Position numbers and translations under genes: made by a program. 35,952 bases of DNA from a bacterium. Its GTDB lineage: Bacteria; JADJOY01. Positions 34,174 to 35,952 of the stretch are shown one piece after another. The notes beneath the pieces were generated by a model, which had not been told where the DNA came from, did no database searches, and was given only the letters and a program-made list of their open reading frames with translations. The stretch covers positions 62,001-97,952 of the forward strand of contig JAXLQJ010000027.1 in the NCBI GenBank assembly GCA_046331705.1. The letters are read 5' to 3'. How positions within the stretch are numbered: position 1 is the stretch's first letter; each line of letters opens with the position of its first letter.

Positions 34174-35909
34174 CGGGTGATCGGATCGCAGTCGTTGTCG
34201 CGAGGATCGGCGCCGCCATCGCTCACTGCCGGGCTCACGGTGGCGGTCGAGTCGTCGCAGTCGAACGGCGCGGGGTAGCCGTCGCCGTCGCGATCGACCA
34301 CGGCTTGGCCCCATGCCGCGAGCACCGGTTCCGCGGCGAAAGCGGCCTCGAGCTGGGTGGCGTCGATCCGCCGGCCGAGTGGATCGAACGCGAACGTCGG
34401 CGAATCGGGAACGCCCATGGCTCGTCCCAGATCGGCGAAGCCCGTGCCGGGCTGGGCGAATCCCACGGCGACGTGCGATTGGCCGTCCTCGCGATCGAGC
34501 ACGACGAGCGTCCCGTCGCCACCCACGTGGGAGTCGGACACGCGGTAGCCGTCGTGCAGCATCCGCCCGAAGAGCTGCCAGGTGCGTCGCGCGAGGCGCT
34601 CGGCGGTGGTCGACGGGTAGATGGCGGCGAACCCGGGGATGCCCAGCAGCGGCGCGTACGAGACGTGCTCGACGCCCAAGCTCAGCGCCACGACGAGCTT
34701 CTTCGCGAGCCAGCTCGCCTGGTCGCTCTCGCTGACCCAGCTCTTGGTGCCGGGCGGTGGTTGGTCCGCGAAGCCGAGCTCGGTGATCCAGATCGGCTTG
34801 GAGCCGTTGCTGCGCGTGCGATGGAACTCGATCACGCTCGCGAGCGACGCCCAGTCGTCGTAATGGTGGATCCCGATCACGTCGTAGAAGTCGGGCGCCG
34901 AACCCGCGAAGAGCGAGTCGATGAGGTCGCGCGCGCGCCGGCTCTCGCGGTCCTGCTCGATCTGCTTGAAGAGCTGCGCGTCGGGGACGTTGGCCGCGAA
35001 CACCCGCTGCATCGGGTAGCTGGTACGGAAGTACGCCGTCGCCCATGCGCGCACCTCGGCGTCGTAGCGATTGCCGTGGGCGCGCGCCTGATCGTGCGCC
35101 AGTCGAAAGCCGAGCTGGTGGCTCGTGAGCGCGCCGCCGATCACCGTGGCGGATGGGTTGGCGGCCTTCACCGCGCGGTAGAAGCTCGGGAGCGTGCCGA
35201 CGCGCGCGTCGCCGCCGACGCCGCCGAAGTAGTCGGAGGCGGTCCCGTACCAGAAGGACTTCACGTCCGGCTCCTCGACGCACGACCACACCGCCACGCG
35301 CGGCAGCCGCTTGGCGGGGCTCTGGGGGTCGGGTGTGGTGCCGTCGTAGCGTCGCGCCAGAGCGAGCACGAAGTCGTACCAAGGGGAGGTGTTGCCCGGC
35401 TCGTCGCGGGTCAGCACGCGCGGCGGATACGAGTAGGTGCCGATCGGGTACTTGGGGCCGAGGAACTCGCCGTTCTTGGTGTCGTAGGTCGTCGAGTCGA
35501 CGGGCCAGCTCGCCTCGGGACCGGCGAAAGGCGCGATCGGGCCGCCGCCGGGTCGTAGCCGAATGACGATGCGCTCGATTCCGGCGGCGTCGGCGCTGCG
35601 AACCTGCTGATCGAGGGACCGCAGCGCGGTCGCGTCGAAGTCGCGCCCGTTCGGCTCGAGCACCGCCCACGTCACCGCGTTGCCGACGATCTGGAAGGTG
35701 TCGGCGCCTGTCGAGGTGAGCAGCTCGAAGCGATTGGTGGAGAGGGTCACGCCGCCGAAAGTGATGTGCGGGAATGCGTGCGCTGCCGGTGCGCTGCCGC
35801 CGACGAGCAGGAGCAGCAACGCGGCGGTCGCGAGGCCGATGGCGCGCCCGGTCTCGGGCCGCGCGCGAAGCGCGAGACGCTTGGTGACGATTGCGAGGGT
35901 ATCGGGCAT
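34170..35909 (-). CDS. Secreted clan GH-A-like (GH39/GH5-type) glycoside hydrolase with a C-terminal Cys/Asp metal-binding motif
   Basis: Signal peptide (LLLLLVGGSAPAAHA); WAVLEP, LARRY, WSCVEEPD (acid/base position), YRAVKAANP, DVIGIHHY, KPIWITELG (nucleophile); tail DRDGDGY..DCDD...P...DNDCD. Start uncertain. Confidence 0.65.
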   Translation of the reverse strand: MPDTLAIVTKRLALRARPETGRAIGLATAALLLLLVGGSAPAAHAFPHITFGGVTLSTNRFELLTSTGADTFQIVGNAVTWAVLEPNGRDFDATALRSLDQQVRSADAAGIERIVIRLRPGGGPIAPFAGPEASWPVDSTTYDTKNGEFLGPKYPIGTYSYPPRVLTRDEPGNTSPWYDFVLALARRYDGTTPDPQSPAKRLPRVAVWSCVEEPDVKSFWYGTASDYFGGVGGDARVGTLPSFYRAVKAANPSATVIGGALTSHQLGFRLAHDQARAHGNRYDAEVRAWATAYFRTSYPMQRVFAANVPDAQLFKQIEQDRESRRARDLIDSLFAGSAPDFYDVIGIHHYDDWASLASVIEFHRTRSNGSKPIWITELGFADQPPPGTKSWVSESDQASWLAKKLVVALSLGVEHVSYAPLLGIPGFAAIYPSTTAERLARRTWQLFGRMLHDGYRVSDSHVGGDGTLVVLDREDGQSHVAVGFAQPGTGFADLGRAMGVPDSPTFAFDPLGRRIDATQLEAAFAAEPVLAAWGQAVVDRDGDGYPAPFDCDDSTATVSPAVSDGGADPRDNDCDPITR

Positions 35910-35952
35910 CGGGCGTGGTCTCCGGGATGGGCGGCGGGGTTCGTTCCTTGGC

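Noticed and set aside
34174-35670. 936-aa version of the FHA-EAL ORF
   Set aside because: The extra part overlaps the glycoside hydrolase-like gene in another frame and has no recognisable protein features.

Overview
A very GC-rich bacterial chromosomal segment. Gene content (sigma54 activator, FHA-EAL protein, PilT, DxDGDG/DCDD Cys-Asp motif) suggests a myxobacterial or deltaproteobacterial-type organism, which is inference only. I found no mobile element, CRISPR array or rRNA. From left to right: (1) a sulfate-uptake locus with a divergent GAF-type, probably sigma54-dependent activator cut by the window edge, a -24/-12 promoter, a small OscA/YezD (DUF2292) gene, a structured RNA leader, an OprO/OprP-family porin, sbp-cysT-cysW-cysA and an SLC13/TrkA-C permease; (2) a B12-binding radical SAM gene, then tRNA-Gly(GCC) and tRNA-Cys(GCA); (3) an arginine succinyltransferase cluster (M20 hydrolase, astA, astD, astB) and DNA polymerase II; (4) a mostly minus-strand run of hydrolases, two paralogous PQQ-like beta-propellers, two aldo/keto reductases, an NAD-type isocitrate dehydrogenase, a GMC flavoprotein with a Tat-lipoprotein partner, a PilT-family ATPase, a peroxiredoxin, a methyltransferase, an EamA transporter, an FHA-EAL protein and a secreted clan GH-A-like protein. 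The most striking observation is between oscA/yezD and the porin. Two hairpins of the same architecture can each refold to pair with adjacent parts of the porin Shine-Dalgarno/AUG region, which looks like a two-state translational switch. The first three proteins of this operon (892 aa) contain no Cys or Met apart from the initiator Met. All calls were made by eye; no searches or folding programs were run.
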